NCBI GenBank assembly: GCA_965199955.1
Contig: CBDATQ010000001.1
Location: 896,001 to 960,000 of the forward strand
Direction: 5' to 3'
From: Spirochaetia bacterium
Lineage (GTDB): Bacteria > Spirochaetota > Spirochaetia > SZUA-6 > Bin103
Length of the DNA: 64,000 nucleotides
Shown here piece after piece: positions 8,760-24,953 of the stretch (position 1 is the first letter of the stretch; the number at the start of each line of letters is the position of its first letter). The notes beneath the pieces were generated by a model. It was given only the letters and a program-made list of their open reading frames with translations, ran no database searches and was not told the origin of the DNA. Position numbers and translations under genes: made by a program.

Positions 8760-10178
8760 ATGCCGATTAACGTCAACATTCCGACGCCGCTGCGGCAGTT
8801 TCTGGACGGTCAGTCGACCGTCACCATCGACGCCGCCACCGACGTGGCCGACCTGCTCGGCCAGCTCACCGCGCTCAGCGCCGACCTCAAGAAACACCTG
8901 CTGAACGCGGACGGCACCGTGCCCGGCTACGTCAACGTCTACGTCAACGACGACAGCATCCGCGACCGCGACGGGGAAGCGACGCCGGTCGCCGACGGGG
9001 ACGAGATATCGATCGTGCCTTCGATCGCGGGCGGCGCGGCCGCGCTGAACACGGACGAGCTGGCGCGCTACAGCCGCCACATCGTCATGCCGGAAGTGGG
9101 ACAGGAAGGGCAGCAACGCCTCAAGGACGGCTCCGCCCTGCTCATCGGCGCGGGCGGTCTGGGATCGCCGCTGGCGCTCTACCTGGCCGCCGCCGGCGTC
9201 GGCCGCATCGGCATCGTCGAGTTCGACGTGGTCGACCGCACCAACCTGCAGCGGCAGATCCTGTACGGCGAATCGACCGTCGGCGTACCCAAGCTCGACG
9301 CCGCCGCCGAGCGCCTCGCCGACCTCAACCCGCACGTGCAGATCGATCGCATCCCCCAGCAGCTCTCCTCGCAGAACGCGCTGTCGATCTTCCGCGACTA
9401 CGACGTGGTCGCCGACGGCACGGACAACTTTCCGACCCGCTACCTGGTCAACGACGCCTGTGTGCTCACCGGCAAGCCCAACGTGTACGGATCCATCTTC
9501 CGCTTCGAGGGCCAGGTCTCCGTGTTCAACCACGACGGCGGGCCCTGCTACCGCTGCCTGTACCCGGAGCCGCCGCCGCCGGGGCTGGTCCCGTCCTGCG
9601 CCGAAGGCGGCGTGTTCGGCGTGCTGCCCGGCATCGTCGGCGCCATGCAGGCCAACGAGGTGATCAAGCTGCTGCTCGGCGTCGGCGACGTCGCCAGTAG
9701 CCGCTACCTGCTGTTCGACGCGCTCAAGCTGTCGTTCCGGGAGCTGCGCCTGCGCCGCAACCCCGACTGCCCGGTCTGCGGCGACTCGCCGACGGTGACC
9801 GAGCTGATCGACTACGAGCAATTCTGCGGCATCCCCTCAGGCGGCGCCGAGGAAGGGGGCGTGCCGGAGATCGACGTGCACGAGTTGGCCCGGCGCCTGG
9901 ACAACGGATCGGAGACGGTCCTGATCGACGTCAGGGAGCCGTTCGAGCACGAGATCAACAGCATCGAGCAGGCGGAGCTCATCCCGCTCGGCGAGCTGCC
10001 CGACCGGCTCTCCGAGCTGTCGCAAAGCGACTCGTACGTCATCCACTGCAAGATGGGCGGCCGCAGCGCCAAGGCGGTGGAGCTGATGCGCTCGGAAGGG
10101 TTCTCCGACGTGGTCAACCTGGCCGGCGGCATCGACGCCTGGGTAGAGGAGATCGACCCCGACCAACCGAGTTACTGA
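8760..10178 (+). CDS. MoaD/CysO-like Ubl fused to MoeB/E1 adenylyltransferase and rhodanese (MoeZ-like)
   Basis: Ubl ending IVPSIAGG (aa 92); ARYSRH, GAGGLG, NLQRQ, CYRC and CPVC; rhodanese IHCKMGGRS. Confidence 0.92.
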   Translation: MPINVNIPTPLRQFLDGQSTVTIDAATDVADLLGQLTALSADLKKHLLNADGTVPGYVNVYVNDDSIRDRDGEATPVADGDEISIVPSIAGGAAALNTDELARYSRHIVMPEVGQEGQQRLKDGSALLIGAGGLGSPLALYLAAAGVGRIGIVEFDVVDRTNLQRQILYGESTVGVPKLDAAAERLADLNPHVQIDRIPQQLSSQNALSIFRDYDVVADGTDNFPTRYLVNDACVLTGKPNVYGSIFRFEGQVSVFNHDGGPCYRCLYPEPPPPGLVPSCAEGGVFGVLPGIVGAMQANEVIKLLLGVGDVASSRYLLFDALKLSFRELRLRRNPDCPVCGDSPTVTELIDYEQFCGIPSGGAEEGGVPEIDVHELARRLDNGSETVLIDVREPFEHEINSIEQAELIPLGELPDRLSELSQSDSYVIHCKMGGRSAKAVELMRSEGFSDVVNLAGGIDAWVEEIDPDQPSY

Positions 10179-10181
10179 GCC

Positions 10182-10212
10182 CCGGATCGGTCGCCGCGGG
10201 CGACCGATCCGG
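10182..10212. repeat. perfect 14-bp-stem hairpin after moeZ-like gene (possible terminator or stabiliser)
   Basis: CCGGATCGGTCGCC-gcg-GGCGACCGATCCGG. Confidence 0.7.
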
Positions 10213-10233
10213 CCCAGCCCCGCCTTTCGCTCC

Positions 10234-10277
10234 GAGTCTGTCGGACTTGCCGCTGAAGCGGCAAGTCCGACAGACTC
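10234..10277. repeat. perfect 44-bp inverted repeat (REP/MITE-like)
   Basis: GAGTCTGTCGGACTTGCCGCT-ga-AGCGGCAAGTCCGACAGACTC, 21-bp arms. Confidence 0.85.
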
Positions 10278-10316
10278 CTCGCGCGGAGACGGGCCATGCA
10301 GCAAAGGAGCACATAG

Positions 10317-11726
10317 ATGGGAAAGAGTCTTCTGGACAAGGTGTGGGATCTGCACCGCGTGGCAGAGTTGCCGTCGGGTGAGACCCAGCTCTTCGTGGGG
10401 CTGCACCTCGTGCACGAGGTCACCTCGCCGCAGGCGTTCGCCATGCTGCGCGAGCGCGGCCTCGCCGTCCGGCACCCTGAGCTCACCGTCGCCACGGTCG
10501 ACCACATCGTGCCGACCGACGACGTGCAGCGCCCGTTCGCGGATCCGATGGCAGAGCAGATGCTCGAGCACCTGGAGCGCAACGTCGCCGAGCACGGAAT
10601 CCGCTACTACGGGCTCGGCCACGCCGAGCAGGGCATCGTGCACGTGATCGGCCCGCAGCTCGGCCTCACCCAGCCCGGCATGACGATCGCCTGCGGCGAC
10701 TCGCACACCTCCACGCACGGCGCCTTCGGGGCGATCGCCTTCGGCATCGGCACCTCGCAGGTGCGCGACGTGCTGGCCACGCAGACGCTGGCCATGCGCA
10801 AGCCGAAGCTGCGCCGCATCACGGTGGAGGGCGACCTCGGCCCCGGCGTCTACGCCAAGGACGTGATCCTGTCGATCATCGCCACGCTGGGGGTGAAGGG
10901 CGGCATCGGCTACGCCTACGAGTACGCGGGCTCCACCATCGACGCCCTGGACATGGAAGGGCGCATGTCGATCTGCAACATGAGCATCGAGGGCGGCGCC
11001 CGCGTCGGCTACGTCAACCCCGATCAGACCACCTTCGACTTCCTGCGCGGGCGTCCGGAGGCTCCGGCGGGCGGCGGTTGGGAACGTGCGGTCGAGTTCT
11101 GGCGCGGCATGGCCTCGGACCCGGATACCGGCTACGACGACGAGGTGGTGCTCAAGGCCGCCGACATCGAGCCGGTCGTCACCTGGGGCACCAACCCCGG
11201 CCAGTCCGCGGCGGTCACCGACATGATTCCCGACCCGGAGCGCGCGTCGGACGAGCAGCGCGACGGGATGGCCGCGGCGCTCGGCCACATGAAGCTCAGC
11301 CCGGGCGCGCCGCTGGCCGGCACGCCGATCGACGTCGCCTTCATCGGCTCCTGCACGAACAGCCGGCTGACCGACCTGCGCGAAGCGGCGCGGGTGGTGG
11401 AGGGCCGGCGCGTCTCGTCCCGGGTCAAGGCGCTGGTGGTGCCGGGATCGCGCCGCATCGCCGATCAGGCCGTCTCCGAGGGGCTGCGCGAGGTGTTCGA
11501 GGCGGCCGGGTTCGAGTGGCGCGGCGCCGGCTGCTCGATGTGCCTGGCGATGAACCCGGACAAGCTGTCGGGGTCGCAGATCTCGGCCTCCTCGTCGAAC
11601 CGCAACTTCGTCGGCCGGCAGGGGTCGCCGGACGGGCGCACGCTGCTGATGAGCCCGGCCATGGTGGCGGCGGCCGCGGTCGCAGGCCGGGTCACCGACG
11701 TGCGCGAGCTGCTGGGGGCCAACTGA
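10317..11726 (+). CDS. leuC: 3-isopropylmalate dehydratase large subunit
   Basis: [37 protein letters not shown]. Confidence 0.97.
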   Translation: MGKSLLDKVWDLHRVAELPSGETQLFVGLHLVHEVTSPQAFAMLRERGLAVRHPELTVATVDHIVPTDDVQRPFADPMAEQMLEHLERNVAEHGIRYYGLGHAEQGIVHVIGPQLGLTQPGMTIACGDSHTSTHGAFGAIAFGIGTSQVRDVLATQTLAMRKPKLRRITVEGDLGPGVYAKDVILSIIATLGVKGGIGYAYEYAGSTIDALDMEGRMSICNMSIEGGARVGYVNPDQTTFDFLRGRPEAPAGGGWERAVEFWRGMASDPDTGYDDEVVLKAADIEPVVTWGTNPGQSAAVTDMIPDPERASDEQRDGMAAALGHMKLSPGAPLAGTPIDVAFIGSCTNSRLTDLREAARVVEGRRVSSRVKALVVPGSRRIADQAVSEGLREVFEAAGFEWRGAGCSMCLAMNPDKLSGSQISASSSNRNFVGRQGSPDGRTLLMSPAMVAAAAVAGRVTDVRELLGAN

Positions 11727-12337
11727 TGAGCGCCGACGCCCGCATCACCGCCGTCTCCGGCACCGGCGTGCCGGTGCGTGGCGACGACATCGACACCGAC
11801 CGCATCATCCCCGCGCGTTACCTGAAGGCGGTCACCTTCGACGGCCTGGGCGAGCACGCATTCCAGGACGAGCGGGTCGCCGCCGACGGCTCGCGCAAGG
11901 GGCACCCGTTCGACGACCCGCGCTACGCCGGCGCGCAGGTTCTGTTCGTGAACGGCAACTTCGGCTGCGGATCGTCGCGGGAGCACGCGCCGCAGGCGCT
12001 CTACCGCTCCGGCCTCCGCGCCATCGTCGGCGGCTCCTTTGCGGAGATCTTCGCCGGCAACTGCCTGGTGATGGGCCTGCCGCTGCTGACCTCGGACCGG
12101 GTCTCCGAGTGGCAGGACCGCATCGAGGCGGCGCCCGACACGCCGGTGCGGGTCGACCTGGAGCGGTCGACGATCACGATCGGCCGTGACACGTACCCGG
12201 TCGAGATGCCGGAGGCGGCGCGCCGGTCGCTGGTCGCAGGCACCTGGGACTCGACGGCGGCACTGCTCGCCGGCGACCAGGCGATCGGCGCCACCGCGGC
12301 GCGGATCCCCTACCTGCAATGGAGAACGAGCGCATGA
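11726..12337 (+). CDS. leuD: 3-isopropylmalate dehydratase small subunit
   Basis: DIDTDRIIPARYL, NFGCGSSREHAP; TGATG overlap. Confidence 0.96.
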   Translation: MSADARITAVSGTGVPVRGDDIDTDRIIPARYLKAVTFDGLGEHAFQDERVAADGSRKGHPFDDPRYAGAQVLFVNGNFGCGSSREHAPQALYRSGLRAIVGGSFAEIFAGNCLVMGLPLLTSDRVSEWQDRIEAAPDTPVRVDLERSTITIGRDTYPVEMPEAARRSLVAGTWDSTAALLAGDQAIGATAARIPYLQWRTSA

Positions 12338-14013
12338 GCGACCTGAACATCCGCAGCCGCGCGATGACCGCCGGCGTGGAGCGCACGCCCAACCGGGCCA
12401 TGCTGCGCGCCGTCGGCTTCACCGACGAGGACTTCGACAAGCCGATCGTCGGCATCGCCTCAGCCGGCAGCGACGTGACCCCGTGCAACGTGCACCTGGA
12501 CGACCTGGCCGACCGGGCGCGGGCGGGCGTGCGCGACTCCGGCGGCGTGCCGGTGCGCTACAACACCTTCGTGGTCACCGACGGCGAGGCCATGGGCCAC
12601 GAGGGCATGAAGTGCTCGCTGGTCAGCCGCGAGGCGATCGCCGACACGATCGAGCTGGTCACCCGCGGCCATCAGCTCGACGCCATCCTGGGCGTGGCCG
12701 GCTGCGACAAGACCATCCCCGGCACCGTGATGCCCATGGCCCGCCTGGACGTGCCGAGCATCTTCGTCTACGGCGGCACCATCCTGCCCGGCAACTTCCG
12801 CGGGCGTGACGTGGACATCGTGTCCGCGTTCGAGTCGGTGGGCGCCTTCAGCGCCGGCCGCATCGACGAGGAGGAGCGGCACGGCATCGAGTGCACGGCC
12901 TGCCCCGGCCCCGGCGCCTGCGGCGGCATGTACACGGCCAACACGATGGCGTCCGCCATGGAGGCGATCGGCATGACGCTGCCGGGCAACGCCTCCATCC
13001 CCGCGGTCGACGAGCGCAAGGCGGCGGAGATGGACCGCGCCGGCCGGGCGCTGATGGACGCGGTGCGCGCCGGCCGCACGCCGCGGCAGATCATGACCCA
13101 CGACGCGTTCGAGAACGCGATCCGCGTGGTGATGGCGCTCGGCGGCTCCACCAACGCCGTGCTGCACCTGCTCGCGCTCGCGCACGAGGCGGAGGTGCCG
13201 CTGTCGATCGACGAGTTCAACGCCTTCTGCGACACCACGCCGACCATCGCCGACCTCAAGCCGGCCGGCCGCTACGTGATGCGCGACCTGGACCGGGTGG
13301 GCGGCGTGCAGGCGGCGATGAAGCTGCTGCTCGACGCCGGCCTGCTGCACGGCGACTGCCTGACCGTGAACGGCCGCACGGTGGCCGAGAACCTGGCCGA
13401 CGTGCGCGTGGAGCTGGAGGGGCAGGACGTGCTGTATCCGCTGTCGGCGCCGGTCAAGCCGACCGGGCCAATCAGCGTGATCAAGGGCAACCTGGCCCCG
13501 GAGGGGGCGGTGCTGAAGAGCTCGGGCGTGACGGTGCGCCGCCACACCGGGCCGGCACGGGTGTTCGACGAGGAGGAGAGCGCCCTGCGCGCGATCCTGG
13601 ACGGCAAGATCGTCGCCGGCGACGTGGTGGTGATCCGCTACGAGGGTCCCCGCGGCGGACCCGGCATGCGCGAGATGCTGGCGCCGACCTCGGCGATCGC
13701 CGGCGCCGGGCTGATCGCGGACGTGGCGCTGATCACCGACGGCCGCTTCTCCGGCGGCAGCCACGGCATCGTCGTCGGCCACGTCGCCCCCGAGGCGCAG
13801 GCCGGCGGACCGATCGCCGCGGTGCAGGAGGGCGATGAGATCACCCTCGACCTGGACGCCAACACGATCGACGTGGCCCTGACGGATCAGGAGATCGAGG
13901 CGCGGCTGCGTGAGATCAAGCCGGCCGAGCGGCCCATCCCCTACCAGCGCGGCGTGCTCGCCAAGTACGCGCGGCTGGTCTCCTCAGCCAGCCTGGGGGC
14001 CATCACGCACTGA
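12334..14013 (+). CDS. ilvD: dihydroxy-acid dehydratase
   Basis: [42 protein letters not shown]. Confidence 0.97.
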   Translation: MSDLNIRSRAMTAGVERTPNRAMLRAVGFTDEDFDKPIVGIASAGSDVTPCNVHLDDLADRARAGVRDSGGVPVRYNTFVVTDGEAMGHEGMKCSLVSREAIADTIELVTRGHQLDAILGVAGCDKTIPGTVMPMARLDVPSIFVYGGTILPGNFRGRDVDIVSAFESVGAFSAGRIDEEERHGIECTACPGPGACGGMYTANTMASAMEAIGMTLPGNASIPAVDERKAAEMDRAGRALMDAVRAGRTPRQIMTHDAFENAIRVVMALGGSTNAVLHLLALAHEAEVPLSIDEFNAFCDTTPTIADLKPAGRYVMRDLDRVGGVQAAMKLLLDAGLLHGDCLTVNGRTVAENLADVRVELEGQDVLYPLSAPVKPTGPISVIKGNLAPEGAVLKSSGVTVRRHTGPARVFDEEESALRAILDGKIVAGDVVVIRYEGPRGGPGMREMLAPTSAIAGAGLIADVALITDGRFSGGSHGIVVGHVAPEAQAGGPIAAVQEGDEITLDLDANTIDVALTDQEIEARLREIKPAERPIPYQRGVLAKYARLVSSASLGAITH

Positions 14014-14016
14014 GCC

Positions 14017-14160
14017 TCTGTTCACGCGCGAGCCGGGTGGCACCACTGTCCAGTCACCGGCTCTCGCCGCTCTTGCCAGCCGATCGTCGTAGCACACGAA
14101 TCGCCTCCCAGACTCGCCAAATAGAGACGCCGTTGCGAGATGGACCGCATCCTTAGTGCT
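14017..14160 (-). pseudogene. C-terminal relic of VapC-like PIN toxin
   Basis: KDAVHLATASLF...FVCYDDRLARAARA resembles the PIN C-terminus (LDAxHLA...FVTxDxRL); no N-terminus. Confidence 0.6.
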
Positions 14161-14239
14161 ACTTGTAGAACCATGCGTGGCAGCGAGCAATGCCGCGAGG
14201 CTGCCGGCGTTGCTCGCCTTGCCCAAGCCTCCCCGCCTG

Positions 14240-14333
14240 TAAGGCTCCAATCGCGCAACAGCCGTTCGAGCGTCTCCGGGTCCCGACGGACCACGCCGTC
14301 GAAGTCGGTCAACACGACCTTGATGGCGCTCGT
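14240..14333 (-). pseudogene. N-terminal relic of HAD hydrolase
   Basis: SAIKVVLTDFDGVVR (HAD motif I DxDG); start codon position reads ACG; no further HAD motifs. Confidence 0.45.
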
Positions 14334-14376
14334 GTCGTTTGTCGATCCGTCCGGCCGGGGCGATACTCCGCGCACC

Positions 14377-15186
14377 ATGGCATTGAATGTACACGTAACC
14401 GGAGTCAGCGGTCTGATCGGCGACGTGGTGTACGCGCACCTGGCGGCGCAGCCGGATCGCTACACCGTGACGGGGAGCGGCCGTCGGTATGAGTCGTCGT
14501 CGCGAGTGGCGCAGGGTCGCCCGCTGAGCTGTCCGCCGGAGCGCTTCAGGCTGGCGGACCTCGCCGACCTGGAGGCGATGGAGCGCGCCTTCGAAGGGGC
14601 GGAGGTGGTCGTCCACATGGGTGCCATCCCCGATCCGTCGGCGCCGATCGACGTCATCGTGCCCAGCAACGTGGTCGGCGGTTACAACGCGCTGGAGGCG
14701 TGCAAGCGCCAGGGCGTGCGCCGCATCGTCTACGCCAGCACGGTCATGACCAACTGGGGCTACGGGTTCGACGAGCCGTACAAGGCGATCAGCGAGGGGC
14801 GCTTCGAGGACGTGCCCGACGGCTTCCGGCGCGTCACGCACCTGGACCCGGTGCGGCCGACCGAGCCCTACTCGGCCAGCAAGGTGTGGGGCGAAGGCAT
14901 GTGCCGGGCGTACGCCGACGGCCACGGCCTGTCCTGCCTGTGCCTGCGCATCGGCGGAGTGAACGATCGTGACGTGCCGGAGGGGGCGGACGGCGGTGCG
15001 TTGTGGTGCAGCCAGCGCGACGTGGCCATCGTCGCCGAGTTGGCCGTGAACGCGCCGGAGGAACTGCGCTTCGACATCTTCTATGCGTTGTCGGCCAGCC
15101 GTTACCGGTGGCTGGACGCCGAGCACACGCGCGAGGTGCTGGGCTTCGAGCCGGCCGACCGCGCCGAGGACCATCTCGCCGGTTAG
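14377..15186 (+). CDS. NAD-dependent epimerase/dehydratase (uronate dehydrogenase-like SDR)
   Basis: VTGVSGLIG, YASTV, YSASK, CLRIG, WCSQRD. Confidence 0.88.
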   Translation: MALNVHVTGVSGLIGDVVYAHLAAQPDRYTVTGSGRRYESSSRVAQGRPLSCPPERFRLADLADLEAMERAFEGAEVVVHMGAIPDPSAPIDVIVPSNVVGGYNALEACKRQGVRRIVYASTVMTNWGYGFDEPYKAISEGRFEDVPDGFRRVTHLDPVRPTEPYSASKVWGEGMCRAYADGHGLSCLCLRIGGVNDRDVPEGADGGALWCSQRDVAIVAELAVNAPEELRFDIFYALSASRYRWLDAEHTREVLGFEPADRAEDHLAG

Positions 15187-15285
15187 GCCGAAGGACGGGG
15201 TGTGCTTGTCCCATCAGGCGGTGGGGCGGTATGTTGCACTCCCGGTGGAGACTGGGGGAGGGGAAACCATCCCAGGAGGGAGATC

Positions 15286-15630
15286 ATGCTCAGAAAAGTG
15301 GAAAACAAGGTAGAGAAAGTGGTTTCCGGTGCCAGCGCCGCCGTCACCGGCGCGAAAGACGCCGTTACTGGCGCCCTCGACTCGCGCGCCCACACGGTGA
15401 CCGTCCGACTCGACAACGACAGCCTCAAGTGCGTTGACGAGATGGTCCGCGCGGAGGTCGTCCCCGATCGCAGCGCGGCCGTGGCGTTCCTGGTCAAGCA
15501 AGGGATCACGGTCTCGGCCGACCTGCTCGACAAGATCCAGGAAGGCTTCGACCGAATCGAGAGCATCAAGCGGGAGCTGCGCGGACTCGGCAACGGTGTC
15601 GCGGTCGACGTGGAGGCGACGCCCGAGTAG
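15286..15630 (+). CDS. small ribbon-helix-helix/coiled-coil protein
   Basis: SD AGGAGG; TVTVRLDNDSLKCVDEMV...DRSAAVAFLVKQG RHH pattern followed by a coiled coil. Confidence 0.65.
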   Translation: MLRKVENKVEKVVSGASAAVTGAKDAVTGALDSRAHTVTVRLDNDSLKCVDEMVRAEVVPDRSAAVAFLVKQGITVSADLLDKIQEGFDRIESIKRELRGLGNGVAVDVEATPE

Positions 15631-15633
15631 ACG

Positions 15634-15810
15634 TTGGCCGCTCAGACGACTGATCGTCCATCCTTCGCGCTGAGCGCGTTTGGTGACGAGATGGACGACG
15701 ACGTCGACACGCAACTCGATGTCTTGGCCGAGCTTGACCTCCGCTACCTGGAGATGCGGACCTCACCGCGCACTTCCGCGCTGTCGGGCGCGGCTGGCAG
15801 ACCCGGCTGA
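15634..15810 (+). pseudogene. N-terminal relic of sugar-phosphate isomerase/epimerase (TIM barrel)
   Basis: LSAFGDEMDDDVDTQLDVLAELDLRYLEMR matches the family N-terminus (LSAFADE...QLD.L....ELR), then loses similarity and stops. Confidence 0.65.
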
Positions 15811-15876
15811 ACGAGACGCTGCGCCGTGCGGTGTTCGGCACCCGGAGCTGACGCTCCGACCTGCGACATTGGCCTG

Positions 15877-15905
15877 TTGACGCCGGCCGGCCAGCCGGGT
15901 AGTCT
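15877..15905 (+). promoter_or_regulatory. pyr operon sigma70 promoter
   Basis: TTGACG-N17-TAGTCT just upstream of the PyrR site. Confidence 0.75.
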
Positions 15906-15914
15906 CTGCGCACG

Positions 15915-17502
<1,588 letters not shown>

Positions 17503-17506
<4 letters not shown>

Positions 17507-18791
17507 CGCTGCTGCTGCGCGGTGGGCGCGTGATCGACCCGCAGAACGGCGTCGACCGCGTCTGCGACCTGTTCATCCGCGACGGGATGATCGCCGCCGT
17601 CGGCGCCGATTCCGGAACGGTGGCCGACCGCACCATCGACTGCACCGGACAGGTGGTGACGCCTGGCCTGATCGACCTGCACGTGCACCTGCGGGAACCG
17701 GGGTTCGAGTACAAGGAGGACCTGCAGAGCGGGCTCACCGCCGCGGTCGCGGCCGGATTCACCGGCGTCTGCCCGATGCCCAACACGCGGCCGGTCTCCG
17801 ACAGCCGTCCCGGCATGGAATTCCTGATCCGCGAGTCGCGCCGCATCGGGCTCGCCCGGCTGTGGCCGGTGGGCGCGGTCACCCTGGGCCAGGAGGGGAA
17901 GCAGCTCACCGAGTTCGGCCAGCTCCGCAAGGGCGGCGCGGTGGCGCTTTCGGACGACGGCCAGCCGATCGCCGACTCCATGGTGATGCGCCGCAGCCTG
18001 GAATACGCGCTGAAGTTCGAGCTGCCCATCCTGGTCCATGCCGAGGATCCGGGCCTGTCCGCCGACGGCGCCATGAACGAGGGGCTGGCCGCCACCCGCA
18101 TGGGCCTCTCCGGCACGCCATGCGCGGCGGAGAGCGCGATGGTGGCCCGCGACATCCAGATCGCCGCGTTGACCGGCGGGCGCGTGCACTTCCTGCACGT
18201 CTCCTGCGCCCGCTCCGTGGAGTTGATCCGCATGGCCAAGGCCGAGGGCATCTCCGTCACCGCCGAGACCTGCCCGCACTACTGGGAGCTCACCGACGAG
18301 GCGGTGGACGGCTACAACGCCGACGCCAAGATGTACCCGCCGCTGCGCGCGGAGTCCGACCGCGTGGCGGTCCGCGCGGCGCTGGCCGACGGCGTCATCG
18401 ACACGATAGGCAGCGACCACGCCCCGCACGCCCCGTACGAGAAGGCGCTGGAGTTCGTGAGCGCGCCCAACGGCATCATCGGCCTGGAGACCGTGGTGCC
18501 GCTGGCGCTGAACCTGGTGCGTGACGGCGTGATCGACTGGCAGCGGTTCGTGCGCTACCTGTCGGTCAATCCGGCGGCGCTGGTTGGCGTGGACGGCGGT
18601 CACCTGTCGCCCGGCGTCACCGCCGACGTCACCGTGATCGACCCCGAGGAGTCCTGGGTGGTCGAGCGGGAGACGATCCGCTCCAAGTCGATCAACACGC
18701 CGTTCCTGGGCGCCACCATGACCGGGCGGGCGACCGCCTGTATCGTCGGCGGCCGCGTGCTGATGGAGCGGGGCAGCATGGAGGCGGCAGC

Positions 18792-18795
<4 letters not shown>
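17503..18795 (+). CDS. pyrC: dihydroorotase
   Basis: DLHVHLREPG, MPNT, PPLR, SDHAPH. Confidence 0.96.
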
Positions 18796-23151
<4,356 letters not shown>

Positions 23152-23155
<4 letters not shown>

Positions 23156-23985
23156 CGCTACCTCCCGCGGGGCGCAGCGTCGCGCCAACGGTAATCCGGC
23201 AGCTCTGCGACGTGGTCGCCAACCGGGTCGTGACGCCGGAGCACCACGTTCTGACCCTGGCATGCGGCCTTGGCGCCGGCTTCGAGCCCGGTCAGTTCGT
23301 GCAGCTCGGCCTGGAGCCGGCGTACCTGCCGCGGCCGTTCAGCATCCTCCGTGCCGACGGCCGCCACCTGGCGGTCCTGTCCAAGGCGGTGGGCCTGGGT
23401 ACTCGCGCGCTGTTCGCCTGCTCGCCGGGGCAGCGGGTGTGGGTGCTGGGGCCGCTGGGACGTGGCTTCCGCTCGGGCGCAGCCGGCGCCGCCGAAGCGG
23501 CGGCGGGGATCCTGGTGGGCGGCGGTGTGGGTCTGCCACCGATCTACGCGCTGGCCGAGCGGCTGTCACGGACGGGGACGCCGCCGCGCGTGATCGTCGG
23601 CGCTCGCACCGCCGAGCAGGTGCTGCTGCGGGAGGAGCTGGCCGCGCTCGGAGCCGAGGTGCACGTGATGACCGACGACGGCAGCGCCGGCGGCCGCGGC
23701 ACGGCCGCGGACCGCTTGCGTGAGCTGCTGGGAACGGACGCCACCGGGTTCCGGGTCTACGCCTGCGGCCCCGAGCCGATGCTGGCCGCGGTGGCCGACC
23801 TCTGCCGGCGGAACGGCACGCCATGCCAGGTCGCCGTGGAGGAGCACATGGCGTGCGGGTTCGGCGCCTGCCAGGGATGCGCGGTGCGCACCGCCGCCGG
23901 CGGCTACGACCTGGTCTGCCGTGACGGGCCGGCTTTCGACGCGGAGCGGCTGACGTGGCCCGGCCGGGCCGAGGCGTCCGCGTGA
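23152..23985 (+). CDS. pyrK: dihydroorotate dehydrogenase electron transfer subunit
   Basis: [34 protein letters not shown]...VC 2Fe-2S motif. Confidence 0.93.
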
Positions 23986-24953
23986 TCGACCTCTCCACCA
24001 CGATCGCGCGCGGCCTGCCGGCGTCGAACCCGGTGCTGCTGGCCTCCGGCACCTGCGGCTACGGCCGGGAGCTTGCGGCGTTCCTTCCGCTGCGCGACCT
24101 GGGCGGGATCGTCACCAAGACCGTCACCCTGCGCCCGCGGGCCGGCAACCCGTCGCCGCGCATCACCGAGACGCCGTCCGGGATGCTCAACGCGATCGGC
24201 CTGCAGAACGTCGGGGTCGACGCCTTCTGCCGCGACAAGCTGCCGTACCTGGCCGAGCTGGGGATCCCGCTGCTGGTGAGCGTGATGGGGCACACGGTGG
24301 AGGAGCTCTGCGCGGTGGTGGAGCGGGTCTGCCGCGAAGACGGACTGGGCCGCCGGATCGGCTTCGAGCTCAACCTGTCGTGTCCGAACGTCGCCTACGC
24401 CGACGCGCGCATGTTCGCGCACGACCCGAAGCTGATCGCCGCGGCCGTGGCGGCGGTCCGACAGGTCACCGATCGTCCGGTGACCGCCAAGCTCAGCCCG
24501 GAAGTGCCGGAGGTGGCCGCCTACGCGCTGGCGGCCGAGCGGGCCGGGGCCGACGCGGTGACGGTGATGAATACCATCACCGGCATGGTGATCGACGTGC
24601 GCACGCGCCGGCCGGTGCTGGCCAACGGCACCGGCGGCCTGTCGGGGCCGGCCATCCTGCCGATCGCGGTCCGCCAGGTGTTCCAGGCCGCGCGCGCGGT
24701 CTCCATCCCCGTGATCGGTGTGGGCGGCATCCGCTCGGCCGAAGACGCCCTGCAGATGATCATCGCCGGCGCCGCCGCCGTGCAGGTCGGCACCGCGTCG
24801 TTCGTCGATCCCGGCACCGCCGGCGCGGTTCGCGATGGCATCGAGGAATACGTCCGCGGTGAGGGCGGGTGCCTGCGCGATCTGATCGGCTCGATTCGCG
24901 AGAGCGGCGGCAAGACGCCGCGCGGGGAGGAGGCGAATGCCGCCGCGGGATGA
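23982..24953 (+). CDS. pyrD: dihydroorotate dehydrogenase family 1B
   Basis: ASGTCG, GMLNAIGLQN, NLSCPN, GGLSGPAI. Confidence 0.95.
   Translation: MIDLSTTIARGLPASNPVLLASGTCGYGRELAAFLPLRDLGGIVTKTVTLRPRAGNPSPRITETPSGMLNAIGLQNVGVDAFCRDKLPYLAELGIPLLVSVMGHTVEELCAVVERVCREDGLGRRIGFELNLSCPNVAYADARMFAHDPKLIAAAVAAVRQVTDRPVTAKLSPEVPEVAAYALAAERAGADAVTVMNTITGMVIDVRTRRPVLANGTGGLSGPAILPIAVRQVFQAARAVSIPVIGVGGIRSAEDALQMIIAGAAAVQVGTASFVDPGTAGAVRDGIEEYVRGEGGCLRDLIGSIRESGGKTPRGEEANAAAG

Noticed and set aside
10179..10316. Leucine attenuator or T-box upstream of leuC
   Set aside because: No Leu-rich leader ORF, T-box motif or U-tract terminator recognised.
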